64,000 bases of DNA, from contig CBDAON010000003.1 in the NCBI GenBank assembly GCA_965198065.1, forward strand, positions 6,230 through 70,229, read 5' to 3'. Positions 40,611 through 49,092 of the stretch are shown here, piece after piece. The number at the start of each line of letters is the position of its first letter. The first letter of the stretch is position 1. This stretch comes from Longimicrobiales bacterium. Lineage in GTDB: Bacteria; Gemmatimonadota; Gemmatimonadetes; Longimicrobiales; Gaopeijiaceae. The notes beneath the pieces are model-generated. The model did no database searches and was not told the origin of the DNA. It saw only the letters and a program-made list of their open reading frames with translations. A program made the translations under genes and the position numbers.

Positions 40611-41189
40611 CTAGGTCTGCGAAGGCGACCGAAGCCACTGCTGTCCGGGCAGGTGCAGGGGCTCCGACAGGCGGTCGAGAAGCGCTGCTGGATCCGCGTC
40701 CGTCATGACGATGGCGCGATTGTCGTGCCGGATGAAGCCTTCGTCGACGGCGCGATCGAACAGCGCAAGGAGCGGATCGTAAAAGCCGCCGACATTGAGG
40801 AGGTCGCAGCGCTTGTGATGAAGGCCGAGCTGCGTCCAGGTGACCGCCTCGCAGAACCCTTCGAATGTGCCGAATCCGCCCGGCAGAGCGATGAATGTGT
40901 CCGCCAGCTCCGCCATTACGGCCTTGCGTTCATGCATGGAGCTCACGACTCGCAGGTCTGGAAGGCCGCGATGGGCAAGTTCGCGTGCGACGAAGGCGTC
41001 GGGAATGACCCCGATGGCATGCCCGCCGGCGGCCAGTACCGCATCGGCCAGAATGCCTATCAGCCCCACGCTGCCGCCGCCGAATACGAGGCCGATACGG
41101 CGTGCGGCCAGCTCGCGAGCGACGCTAAGCTCGAACTGACCGAACACTGCTGTGTTCTGGGACGTTTCCTCAGACACCTGATGCCACAC
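40611..41189 (-). CDS. LOG family (TIGR00730) nucleotide phosphoribohydrolase
   Basis: GGGSVGLIG, SMHERK, PGGFGTFEG motifs. Confidence 0.85.
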   Translation of the reverse strand: MWHQVSEETSQNTAVFGQFELSVARELAARRIGLVFGGGSVGLIGILADAVLAAGGHAIGVIPDAFVARELAHRGLPDLRVVSSMHERKAVMAELADTFIALPGGFGTFEGFCEAVTWTQLGLHHKRCDLLNVGGFYDPLLALFDRAVDEGFIRHDNRAIVMTDADPAALLDRLSEPLHLPGQQWLRSPSQT

Positions 41190-41289
41190 TATTTATGGTG
41201 TCACTAGCCGGTCGTTCCCCTCGTTACATCCCTCGTTCTGAAACAGATTCCAGAGAACCTCACACGCCGACCGCGGACTGATCCGGACC

Positions 41290-41779
41290 GATTCGCGTCG
41301 CGCCGACCGCCTCCCGGGTGCATCTGCCACACCGACCGTGGATCCCAGGGTGCTCGATTGCTTCAGCCGCTACGCCTGGGGCCGGCTCTACACAAGCAAG
41401 CTCCCGCTCACGGCCGTGCAGGTGATGCACAACGACGTGCTGCCCTTCTTCGACGAGCACCGGGTCCGGGTGAAGACCGTACTCAGTGACAACGGCCGCG
41501 AGTTCTGTGGCCGTCCGGACCGTCACCCCTACGAGCTGTTCCTTCAGCTCGAGGACATCGAGCACTTGAGGGTGAAGGGCCGCACCACCTGGTACGAGAC
41601 CCTCGAGGAGATGCAGACCGACCTGGAGGCATACCTCGAAACCTACAACCGCAAGCGTCCGCACCGCGGCCGAGCCATGGAGGGGTCGTACGCCGTATCA
41701 GGTCTTCAAGGCCGGTCTGCCGGCCGCCGGAAAGGCCGCAAAGGCCAGGAAGGAGGAGCCGAAGACGAAGGCAGCCTAG
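41290..41779 (+). pseudogene. IS481-family transposase C-terminal fragment (internal deletion plus frameshift)
   Basis: DCFSRYAWGRLYTSK..LSDNGREFCG..YNRKRPHRG. After MEG the frame shifts at GGGG 41682-41685 to GRTPYQVFKAGLPAAGKAAKARKEEPKTKAA-stop. The N-terminal half is absent. Confidence 0.7.
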
Positions 41780-41926
41780 ACACAGCTCCGGCGAGGGCCA
41801 ACTGTCAGGTCATTACCATCTCTGTACACACAATCGTTGGAAACTTACCTGTATTCGGATCTCAGATCGTTCCTGCTTGTTTATGAATTTGACCTTTGAT
41901 GTTACAGTCAGGACGATTCGTCCCGC

Positions 41927-42388
41927 TCACTTCCTTGAGGATTCCCGGAATTCTTCTTCACCCCAGTCGGCTTCTGCGAGTACCCTTATCCGGTTCCACT
42001 CGTACCGATATACCTCGGACTTTTCGCTACCCTTTCCCTCTCCCTCTAGCCATACCTTGTACTCGGGAAATCTCCCTTCGTAACACCTTCGGCCTTCCTC
42101 CTCCTCTTTACCTCTCGTGAGCCGTACTCGACCCCACATTTGTATTCCATCTTTCCAATCGTCCCATTCCTGCCGCGAGTCGTACACTGCCATTGCAGCT
42201 TCTCTCTCTCCTCTTAGCAGGTCACCATGTCCACTTCCCCTCACTGAGATAAAATACACGTTTAACCCCTCGTCGGCCGCGATATATGCCGTAAACACAT
42301 GAGGTGTTCCGTCTTTATGGGTAAGCCCAATCGTCGCTAATTTTACTCTTCCTAGAATTTCCTCGGCTTTCTTCTCTATTTCTGTCAT
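41927..42388 (-). CDS. Pyridoxamine 5'-phosphate oxidase-like (FMN-binding split barrel) protein
   Basis: LATIGLTHKDGTPHVFTAYIAADEGLNVYFIS. Visibly lower GC. Its ATG overlaps the upstream stop (ATGA). Confidence 0.65.
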   Translation of the reverse strand: MTEIEKKAEEILGRVKLATIGLTHKDGTPHVFTAYIAADEGLNVYFISVRGSGHGDLLRGEREAAMAVYDSRQEWDDWKDGIQMWGRVRLTRGKEEEEGRRCYEGRFPEYKVWLEGEGKGSEKSEVYRYEWNRIRVLAEADWGEEEFRESSRK

Positions 42389-43272
42389 ACTGTCATTCCC
42401 CCGTCCACCGGCAGCGAGATTCCGTTAATTCCGCTGCTTTCTTCTGCCGCCAAGAAAGCTGCCGCCCATGCTACTTCTTCGGCCCTGATCAACCGCTTGA
42501 TCGGCAAGTCTTCGATCACTTCTGTCAGGTACTGCTCCAATCCCTCCGTGCCAGCTTGCTCTGCTTCCCGCGTATCGAGCACCTGAAATAACTGTGCCAG
42601 CCACGGTCCAAGATCGGCGCCGTCCTTGCCGGTGCGTGTCTCGAGAAAATCGAAGAAGATGTCGCGCGGCTCGAAGATGCCCGTGTCGTCGGCGAACAGG
42701 CAGAACACGATCCGCACCAGGAACCGTTCCAGGTCGTGGCCTCGGTAGCCCGCGGTGCCGAGCGCATCGTGAAGGCGCCCGACGAGCTCAGCAGCCTTGA
42801 TGTTGACGGGGTCTTGGTCACGGAAGCTCCGGCGCTGCACTCCCAGGATGAAGCCGAACGCCTCGACATGGCTGGGCAGGTCAGCGAGAGCGAAGGCAAC
42901 CGTCTCCCGCTCATCAAGATCGTGGAGCTCGAACGTCTGGAAGTCGCTCACCAAGATGTAGCGGGGGCGATCGGCCTCAGCGAGCGCATCAAAATACTCT
43001 CCGGCCTGTCCGTAAGCTTTATCAAGATCGCGCCCGGCGCTCTTCTGTTCGACGATCAGGACGCCCGGCCAGAACAGGTCGATGAAGCCGGAGCTATTGT
43101 CCAGCTTGGCGACATGCTCCTCGTACCGCGCGACGTTTCGCCGCCGGACGTCGAATACCTCGAAGAAATCGTTGTAGAAGCTCTGCGTCTCACCTTTCTC
43201 GTATGCCGCATCTCGCCACTCATCGGCGAAGGATGCGGCGCGCACACGCACTTCGTTCCAGGACAGACGCAT
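42385..43272 (-). pseudogene. Chimeric ORF: MmeI/PglX-type DNA methyltransferase N-terminal domain fused to a short-chain dehydrogenase C-terminal tail
   Basis: N-terminal part: ETQSFYNDFFEVFDV..IDLFWPGVLIVEQKSAGRDLDKAYGQAGEYF..YILVSDFQTFEL. Last ~40 aa: PIKRLIRAEEVAWAAAFLAAEESSGINGISLPVDGG (SDR tail). Confidence 0.7.
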
Positions 43273-43364
43273 CAGCCACGCCGCCTCTTGCACCCATCAT
43301 GGGTCGTGGCCCGACCTTGGGCGGACCAACGGTGAGCGTCGGCATGGCCTCCTGGGCTGCGGTA

Positions 43365-43685
43365 CTAGCGGGATATTGGATCACGGGACCTCATATCATC
43401 CAGCCATCCGCTTTCCCGCCGCGCTTGCGCGAGCTCATAGCTCGCCTGCATCCGCATCCAGTGATCGGCGGCACCCCAGCCAATAGCCTCTAAAGCCAGC
43501 GCCATGTTCGCGGACACCCCTGCCTTACCGTTCAGTAGACGCGATAGCGTCCCCCGCTCGCACCCCAGACGCACGGCCGTCTCGGTCACATTCCATCCGA
43601 CCTCTTCCATGCTCTCACGGATCAGTTCGCCCAGGTGCGGGGGGTTCAGCATCGGACCTACACGCTCGCTGTCGGTGTCGTTCAT
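43365..43685 (-). CDS. higA: HigA-family antitoxin (XRE HTH)
   Basis: ATG 43685 after AGGAGG. PPHLGELIRESMEEVGWNVTETAVRLGCERGTLSRLLNGKAGVSANMALAL. Confidence 0.85.
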   Translation of the reverse strand: MNDTDSERVGPMLNPPHLGELIRESMEEVGWNVTETAVRLGCERGTLSRLLNGKAGVSANMALALEAIGWGAADHWMRMQASYELAQARRESGWLDDMRSRDPISR

Positions 43686-43704
43686 GCTCTGTCCTCCTTT
43701 CCGG

Positions 43705-43977
43705 TCAGTGATAGTCGACCAAGTCCACATCCACGGCTTCGCCGTCCTCGAAGCGGAACACCACGCGCCAGTTGCCCGATACGCGCACACTCCATTGGCC
43801 CGCTCGGCTACCCTTCAACGGATGCAGCCGAAAGCCAGGCGCGTCAGCGCTACCGGGATGCGTCGCTTCCTGCAGCCGGAATAGAATGCGTCGAAGTCGT
43901 GGCACCAGATCCGCCGGCAGCCGAGCCCGCTTGTCCTGCTCGTGCAGCGCCCGCAGTCCCTTGTGCCTGATCTTCAT
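43705..43977 (-). CDS. higB: HigB-family (RelE/ParE superfamily) toxin
   Basis: MKIRHKGLRALHE..FRLHPLKGSRAGQWSVRVSGNWRVVFRFEDGEAVDVDLVDYH; toxin-first order. Confidence 0.85.
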   Translation of the reverse strand: MKIRHKGLRALHEQDKRARLPADLVPRLRRILFRLQEATHPGSADAPGFRLHPLKGSRAGQWSVRVSGNWRVVFRFEDGEAVDVDLVDYH

Positions 43978-44089
43978 AGATCTACTGTAGCGCGTCGCGT
44001 TACGCGCCGCCAGCGTTCCCCAAGTTTTTCGAAAGCCTGAATTGCCGAAGGCTTTGCGGCGCGATCTGGTCGGCTCCCGGTTCCTCCCC

Positions 44090-44400
44090 GGTCCTGAGCC
44101 AGTCCAATGTAGTCGGCCCATGCCTGCGTCATTTGTCGCCCCTCGGGCAGAAACGCGGTTCGGTTGTAGGCCCTTCCGCGTTGGGATCCCTCACCGCGTG
44201 GGTCAGCTGGTGCTCGATGAAATCCGGCCCGGTTGCGGTGCGGATAGCCCGCGTTCGGGAAGACGTAGCGGCCATGCCCAGGCAGAGGGCGAACTCGAGA
44301 GATGGTCGTTCGGCTACCTGTCCACACACGTCTCACGCAGTCGCATGGATTCCCGGTCGTGAAGAGGGGTATAATGAGGGGATCAAGGCGACGATCTGGC
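44090..44400 (-). pseudogene. P4-like tyrosine integrase, C-terminal relic with frameshifts
   Basis: Pieces lie in different frames: PLPGHGRYVFPN, DFIEHQLTHAVRDPN and GRAYNRTAFLPEGRQMTQAWADY. Confidence 0.6.
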
Positions 44401-44953
44401 CGGGGCGGTCGAGCATCCGGATCTCTGCGACGCGGCACTCTCCTACCTGCTCGAGCGGATGCGCTTGGAGGTGGAGGACCCGTCCGAGGCGGCGCGGCTG
44501 AAGCTGATGGTCGTGGACGAAGCCTGGCGCTACCTGCAGGACCCCGCCGTGCTGAATTACTTGGCCGAGGCGGCGAAGACGTGGCGGAAGAAGAACGCCG
44601 CGCTGGTCCTGGCCACGCAGTCCGCGGTGGACGTCACGGCCACGCCCGGCGCTGTGGCGCTCCTCGAGTCGATCCCGACCAAGCTCTTCCTCGCGAACCC
44701 CGAGCTCCCCGACGAGATCGGGGCGCTGTTCCGGCTGAACGAGTCTGAGCTGGCCCAGGTCCGGGGCCTGATCCCGAAGCGCGAGCTCTACCTCCGCCGC
44801 CCGGACGGGGCGGCGGTGCTCCGGCTCGAGGTCGATCCGGAGAGCTACTGGCTCTACACCTCCTCGGCGCTCGATGCCGAGGAGCGCGCCCGGGCCATCG
44901 TGGTTCTCGCGAGCCGAGACGATCCCACCCCCACCCCCAACGCAAGGAGCTGA
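44400..44953 (+). pseudogene. VirB4/TrbE-type conjugation ATPase, C-terminal fragment
   Basis: LMVVDEAWRYLQDP (Walker B region), AALVLATQSAVDV, RELYLRRPDG..LEVDPESYWLYTSS. The N-terminal ~600 aa are absent. Confidence 0.7.
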
Positions 44954-44959
44954 TACGCC

Positions 44960-45673
44960 ATGCGACCACCAATAACACCCCTCGTTCTAATCGCGCTTCT
45001 CCTGGCTGCCCTCCCTGTTGCGGCCACCGCGCAGCAGGAGAACGACGACGCGTTCCTGCGGGTGACGGTCCCCGAGGAGGGCGAGGACCGGATCCACCGG
45101 CTGCGCACCCGGGTCCGCCACACGACGGTCATCGTGCTGCCGCCCGGCGAGAACATCCTGGACTTCGTGGCCGGCGACTCGGAGTACTGGCATCTGACGG
45201 GCGCGGCGAATGTCGCGTTCCTGAAGCCCCTCGCTTCGGACGCGGCGACCGACGACGCCCGTGCTGTGTTCGTCTACGCCGAGCCCGGCCACGAGACCGC
45301 CACCGCGCTCCGCTCGTGGGGCGATGCGCACCGGCGGCTCTGGGATGCGCTCAGGGAGCGGGGCCGATCCGTCGAGGTCGTGGCCGTCGTCCGCACCCCC
45401 AGGGAACTCGGACGGGCACGGACGATCCTCGGGAACTGGGCCGAGGCGCCCGCCGCCTCTGGCGCCGTCGATCCGGCCCGCCGCGAGATCGCCCGGATCG
45501 AGCAGGCGATCCGCGGCATGGACGACGCGGTGATCGACAAGCATGGCGGGCTGCAGGGCTGCCTCGAGCGGATCGTCGAGCTGGAGGACCGGCTCCGTTC
45601 CGCGCGCCCCGGAACGACGATCGACGGGTTCGCGGCATGGCGTTCGAGCCGGCTTCCCGGAGGCACATCTTGA
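44960..45673 (+). CDS. VirB9/TrbG-like N-terminal domain joined to an unrelated C-terminal part (likely chimeric)
   Basis: Signal peptide, then RVRHTTVIVLPPGENILDFVAGDSEYWHLTGAANVAFLKP. After ~residue 95 the sequence no longer looks VirB9-like. Confidence 0.5.
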   Translation: MRPPITPLVLIALLLAALPVAATAQQENDDAFLRVTVPEEGEDRIHRLRTRVRHTTVIVLPPGENILDFVAGDSEYWHLTGAANVAFLKPLASDAATDDARAVFVYAEPGHETATALRSWGDAHRRLWDALRERGRSVEVVAVVRTPRELGRARTILGNWAEAPAASGAVDPARREIARIEQAIRGMDDAVIDKHGGLQGCLERIVELEDRLRSARPGTTIDGFAAWRSSRLPGGTS

Positions 45674-45735
45674 CCGCCGGTCGCCAGGGGCCGACGCCGA
45701 TCCGGAGCTTGCGGCCGTGGACGGGAGCGACCCCC

Positions 45736-47092
45736 ATAAGCGCTAACTTGTTTGCATTGCCATGGTGTTGTATAGTGAGGGCATGAGCAGAACCGTGACA
45801 GAGGCGCCGACAAGTGAGGACTGGGACCTGCTAGTATCGTTCTTCCCGAGCAACTGGCAGGAGCTGGCAGCGGAGACGGGAGCGCTGCGAGGGTTGCGCA
45901 AGGACAAGTCGCCGGAGAAGCTGCTGCGGACGCTGCTGATCCATCTCGGATGCGGGCATTCGCTGAGAGAAACGGTCGTGCGGGCTCGGCAGGCGAGCTT
46001 GGCGGATCTGTCGGACGTGGCGCTGCTGAAGCGGCTCCGGAAATCGCGGGACTGGCTGTATGCGTTGTGCGTGGAACTGTTCCGGGAGCACGGCATCGCG
46101 GTCTCGTCGGACGGGGGCTTCCAAGTGCGGGTCTTGGACGCCACGACCGTGCAGGAGCCGGGCCGGACCGGATCGTTGTGGAGGCTGCATTACAGCGTCA
46201 ACCTGCCTTCGTTGGGCTGCGACTTCTTCAAGCTGACCGGGACGGAAGGGTCCGGGGCGGGCGAGTCGTTCAAACAGTTTCCGATCCGTCCGGGTGACTA
46301 CGTGCTGGCCGACCGGGCCTACTCGAACGCGGCCGGGATCCAGCATGTGGCGATGGCCGGCGGTCACGTAACGGTGCGGGTGAACACCGGGACGCTGCCG
46401 CTGGAGACCGCGGACGGTCAGCCGTTCGAGTTGCTGACAGCCGTGGAATCCCTCGAGCGGCCTGGACCGGTCGGCGCATGGGCGGTGCGCACGGCGGCCA
46501 AGGCCGGCCCCCCGGTCGCAGGCCGAATCTGCGCCGTGCGCAAGACCGACGAAGCGATCGCGGCCGCGCACGCCAAGATCCGCAAGACAGCCCAGCGCAA
46601 GCAAAGCCAGGTCCGGCCGCAAACCCTGCATTTTGCCCGCTACGTCATCGTCTTCACGACCTACCCCCCGGAGGAGTTCTCGCCAGCCGACGTTCTGGAA
46701 TGGTACCGCCTACGCTGGCAGGTCGAGCTGGTCTTCAAGCGCTTCAAGTCCCTGGCCCGCCTCGGACATCTGCCGAAGTATGATGACGAAAGCGCGCAGG
46801 CCTGGCTGTACGGCAAACTGCTCGTGGCACTGCTGGTCGAGAAAGTCGTGCGCCACGCCGTGGCTATTTCCCCCTGGGGATACGACGTCGCGACAACGTC
46901 AGCCCCGCAGCCCTTGGCGTGACTTCAAGTTCGCACTCCACCAAGTCGCACGGGCCATCGAACCGGAGTTCTCTCTCGAAAAGATGATCCGCGAGTGGAG
47001 CAAGATCTCGGCTTCCCTGGCCGAACCTCCAAGGCAGAGACTCAACCAGGTGGACCGCCACTTCCCGATAAACTACACAAGTTAGCGCTTAT
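45736..47092 (+). mobile_element. IS4-family insertion sequence, apparently intact
   Basis: Perfect 16-bp terminal inverted repeats ATAAGCGCTAACTTGT (45736-45751) / ACAAGTTAGCGCTTAT (47077-47092). Flanked by the 13-bp direct repeat GGGAGCGACCCCC (45723-45735 and 47093-47105). Confidence 0.85.
45762..46922 (+). CDS. IS4-family DDE transposase
   Basis: 386 aa. VLDATTV, LADRAYSNA, YRLRWQVELVFKRFKS (the YREK-type block). Confidence 0.85.
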   Translation: MVLYSEGMSRTVTEAPTSEDWDLLVSFFPSNWQELAAETGALRGLRKDKSPEKLLRTLLIHLGCGHSLRETVVRARQASLADLSDVALLKRLRKSRDWLYALCVELFREHGIAVSSDGGFQVRVLDATTVQEPGRTGSLWRLHYSVNLPSLGCDFFKLTGTEGSGAGESFKQFPIRPGDYVLADRAYSNAAGIQHVAMAGGHVTVRVNTGTLPLETADGQPFELLTAVESLERPGPVGAWAVRTAAKAGPPVAGRICAVRKTDEAIAAAHAKIRKTAQRKQSQVRPQTLHFARYVIVFTTYPPEEFSPADVLEWYRLRWQVELVFKRFKSLARLGHLPKYDDESAQAWLYGKLLVALLVEKVVRHAVAISPWGYDVATTSAPQPLA

Positions 47093-47399
47093 GGGAGCGA
47101 CCCCCCGTCTCGGCATGCCTCGATCGGCATCGGGGAGGATCGGCATGGGCACGCCCATGCCACCCTCCCCGGCGGGGTCGCTCCCGAATCAGGTATCCGT
47201 GCCGGAAGGCCGTTCAGCGCCGCTGCGGGGCGGCGGATCGCCAGTTCGCCAGCTGTCCAGCCGGTGTGTCCGCGCTACCGCAGAGGACCGGGCGCGGACC
47301 CGCGGAGAACGCCAGACCGTGGGCTGCCGGGAACGTCGAGCCATGAGTCGGCGTTTCGGATCCCCGGAGACGTTGGGATGAGGTAAAGCCCCGGTTCGA

Positions 47400-47499
47400 G
47401 AGTTCCGGGCTCGATCTCCTCCCCGGCCTTGAGCCGGTCCAGATAGTCGGCCCAAGCCTGCATCATGTGTCTACGCTCGGGCAGCGGCGGGTCGCGCAT
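47400..47499 (-). pseudogene. Integrase C-terminal tail relic
   Basis: ..PERRHMMQAWADYLDRLKAG. The integrase body upstream is missing; the xis-like gene starts at 47511. Confidence 0.5.
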
Positions 47500-47510
47500 C
47501 CGTCGAAACC

Positions 47511-47879
47511 TTGCCCGCGACTTGGCGGAGACAGGCCAAGGCGCTCCGCCGGTACGGGGGCGAGACTCCGGCCGTGGCGCTCGAGAGTTGCGCGGCCGAG
47601 CTCGAGACCACGCTCCGGGAGCGGGACGAAACCACCCTCTCCCTGACGGAGGCCGCCAGGGAGAGCGGCTACTCCGCGGACCACCTCGGCCGTCTCGTCC
47701 GCGACGGTAAGATCCCTAACGTCGGAAGGCCCGGCGCGCCCAGGATCACCCGCAGGCACCTCCCCCGGAAGCGAATGGCCCAAGTGCCCGCCAATCCGCC
47801 GCTGGTCAAGAAGCCTTCCCCACGCCAGGTTTCAAACGCGCAGATCGTGCAGTCCATCATCGAGAGAGGAATCGAATGA
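47511..47879 (+). CDS. Excisionase-like HTH DNA-binding protein
   Basis: LSLTEAARESGYSADHLGRLVRDGKIPNVGRPGAPRI. Its stop overlaps the integrase start (ATGA). TTG start is uncertain. Confidence 0.55.
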   Translation: MPATWRRQAKALRRYGGETPAVALESCAAELETTLRERDETTLSLTEAARESGYSADHLGRLVRDGKIPNVGRPGAPRITRRHLPRKRMAQVPANPPLVKKPSPRQVSNAQIVQSIIERGIE

Positions 47880-49039
47880 TGGCACGCACGAAACGAAGCC
47901 GGCGCAGCTATGGCACCGGCGAATGGGGCCGGAACCGGGTACGGGTCTTCCCGGATCCCAAGACCGGCCTGTTCCAGATCGAGTGGCGCGAGCGTGGGCG
48001 CAGGCTGAGCCGGTCGCTCAAGCACCGCGACTGGGCTCGGGCGAAGAAGCAGGCGGACGAGCTTGCCGCAGGCTTCGCCGGGCCGGTGATGGAAGGCAAA
48101 GCGGAAGCCGAGCCCGAGCCGCTCACTCTGGAGACGCTTTTTGACATCTACGGTGAAGAGGTGACGCCCACCAAGCGTGGGCAGTCGCGGCTGCACGACA
48201 GGGCCGCGACGGGGATGTTCCTCGGTTGCTTCGGCAGGGACCGGAAGCCCGCAACGCTCTCCCAGCGCGACTGGGACCGGTTCATCCGAGAGCGTAGGGC
48301 GGGCAGGGTTGGCCCGAGCGGCAAGCTGGTATCCGACCGGATGATCGAACGGGACCTCAAGTTCCTGATCGCGGTCCTCAACTGGGCCGCAAAGTCCAGG
48401 GACGAGCAGGGCCGCCTGCTTTTGGAAGCGAATCCCCTGAGAGGACTGAAGACGCCCAAACAGAAGAACCCGGCCCGAATCGTCCTGGCCGAGGAGGAGT
48501 ACCAGGCGCTTCTACGGGTGTCCCGGCAGGTCGACTGGCGGTTCCGCGTCGCGCTCGTCCTCGCCCACGAGACGGGACACCGCATCGGCGCAATCCGCAA
48601 GCTCTGCTGGTCGGACATCGACATGGAGGGCAGAACCATCCGCTGGCGCGCCGAACACGAAAAGTCGGGCTATGAGCACCGGACACCGGTGACCGCCGAG
48701 GCGCTTGCCGCCCTGGAGGAGGTGCGAAAGAGGAATCCCGGTATCGGGCACGCGCCCGTGCTGCCCTCGCCGCAGGATCGCTCGAAGTGCGTGGGCTCCT
48801 GTCAGGCGTACGGGTGGTGGCACAAGGCGGAGGGGCTCGCGGGGCTTGAACCCAAGCGTGGGAGAGGCTGGCACTCCCTGAGACGAAAGTTCGCCTCCGA
48901 CCTCATGGACCAGCCGCTCAAGGTGCTCTGCGAACTCGGCGGCTGGAAGGAGGCCAAGACGGTGCTGCAGTGCTACCAGCGGGCCGACGAAGGGCAACTC
49001 CGGAAGGCCCTAGATCACCGCCGCAGAGTTCGCGCCTGA
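47876..49039 (+). CDS. Tyrosine recombinase/integrase, apparently intact
   Basis: 387 aa. AHETGHRIGAIRKLCWSDID, GWHSLRRKFASDL, LGGWKEAKTVLQCYQ (R..HxxR..Y layout). Confidence 0.85.
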   Translation: MMARTKRSRRSYGTGEWGRNRVRVFPDPKTGLFQIEWRERGRRLSRSLKHRDWARAKKQADELAAGFAGPVMEGKAEAEPEPLTLETLFDIYGEEVTPTKRGQSRLHDRAATGMFLGCFGRDRKPATLSQRDWDRFIRERRAGRVGPSGKLVSDRMIERDLKFLIAVLNWAAKSRDEQGRLLLEANPLRGLKTPKQKNPARIVLAEEEYQALLRVSRQVDWRFRVALVLAHETGHRIGAIRKLCWSDIDMEGRTIRWRAEHEKSGYEHRTPVTAEALAALEEVRKRNPGIGHAPVLPSPQDRSKCVGSCQAYGWWHKAEGLAGLEPKRGRGWHSLRRKFASDLMDQPLKVLCELGGWKEAKTVLQCYQRADEGQLRKALDHRRRVRA

Positions 49040-49047
49040 GCCCAATC

Positions 49048-49072
49048 AGCGGGAATCAAACGGCGGGAATCC
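49048..49072. repeat. GCGGGAATC motif pair
   Basis: AGCGGGAATCA 49048-49058 and GGCGGGAATCC 49062-49072, between the two convergent integrase genes. Confidence 0.5.
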
Positions 49073-49092
49073 AGTCCGAAATGCCCGTAAGT

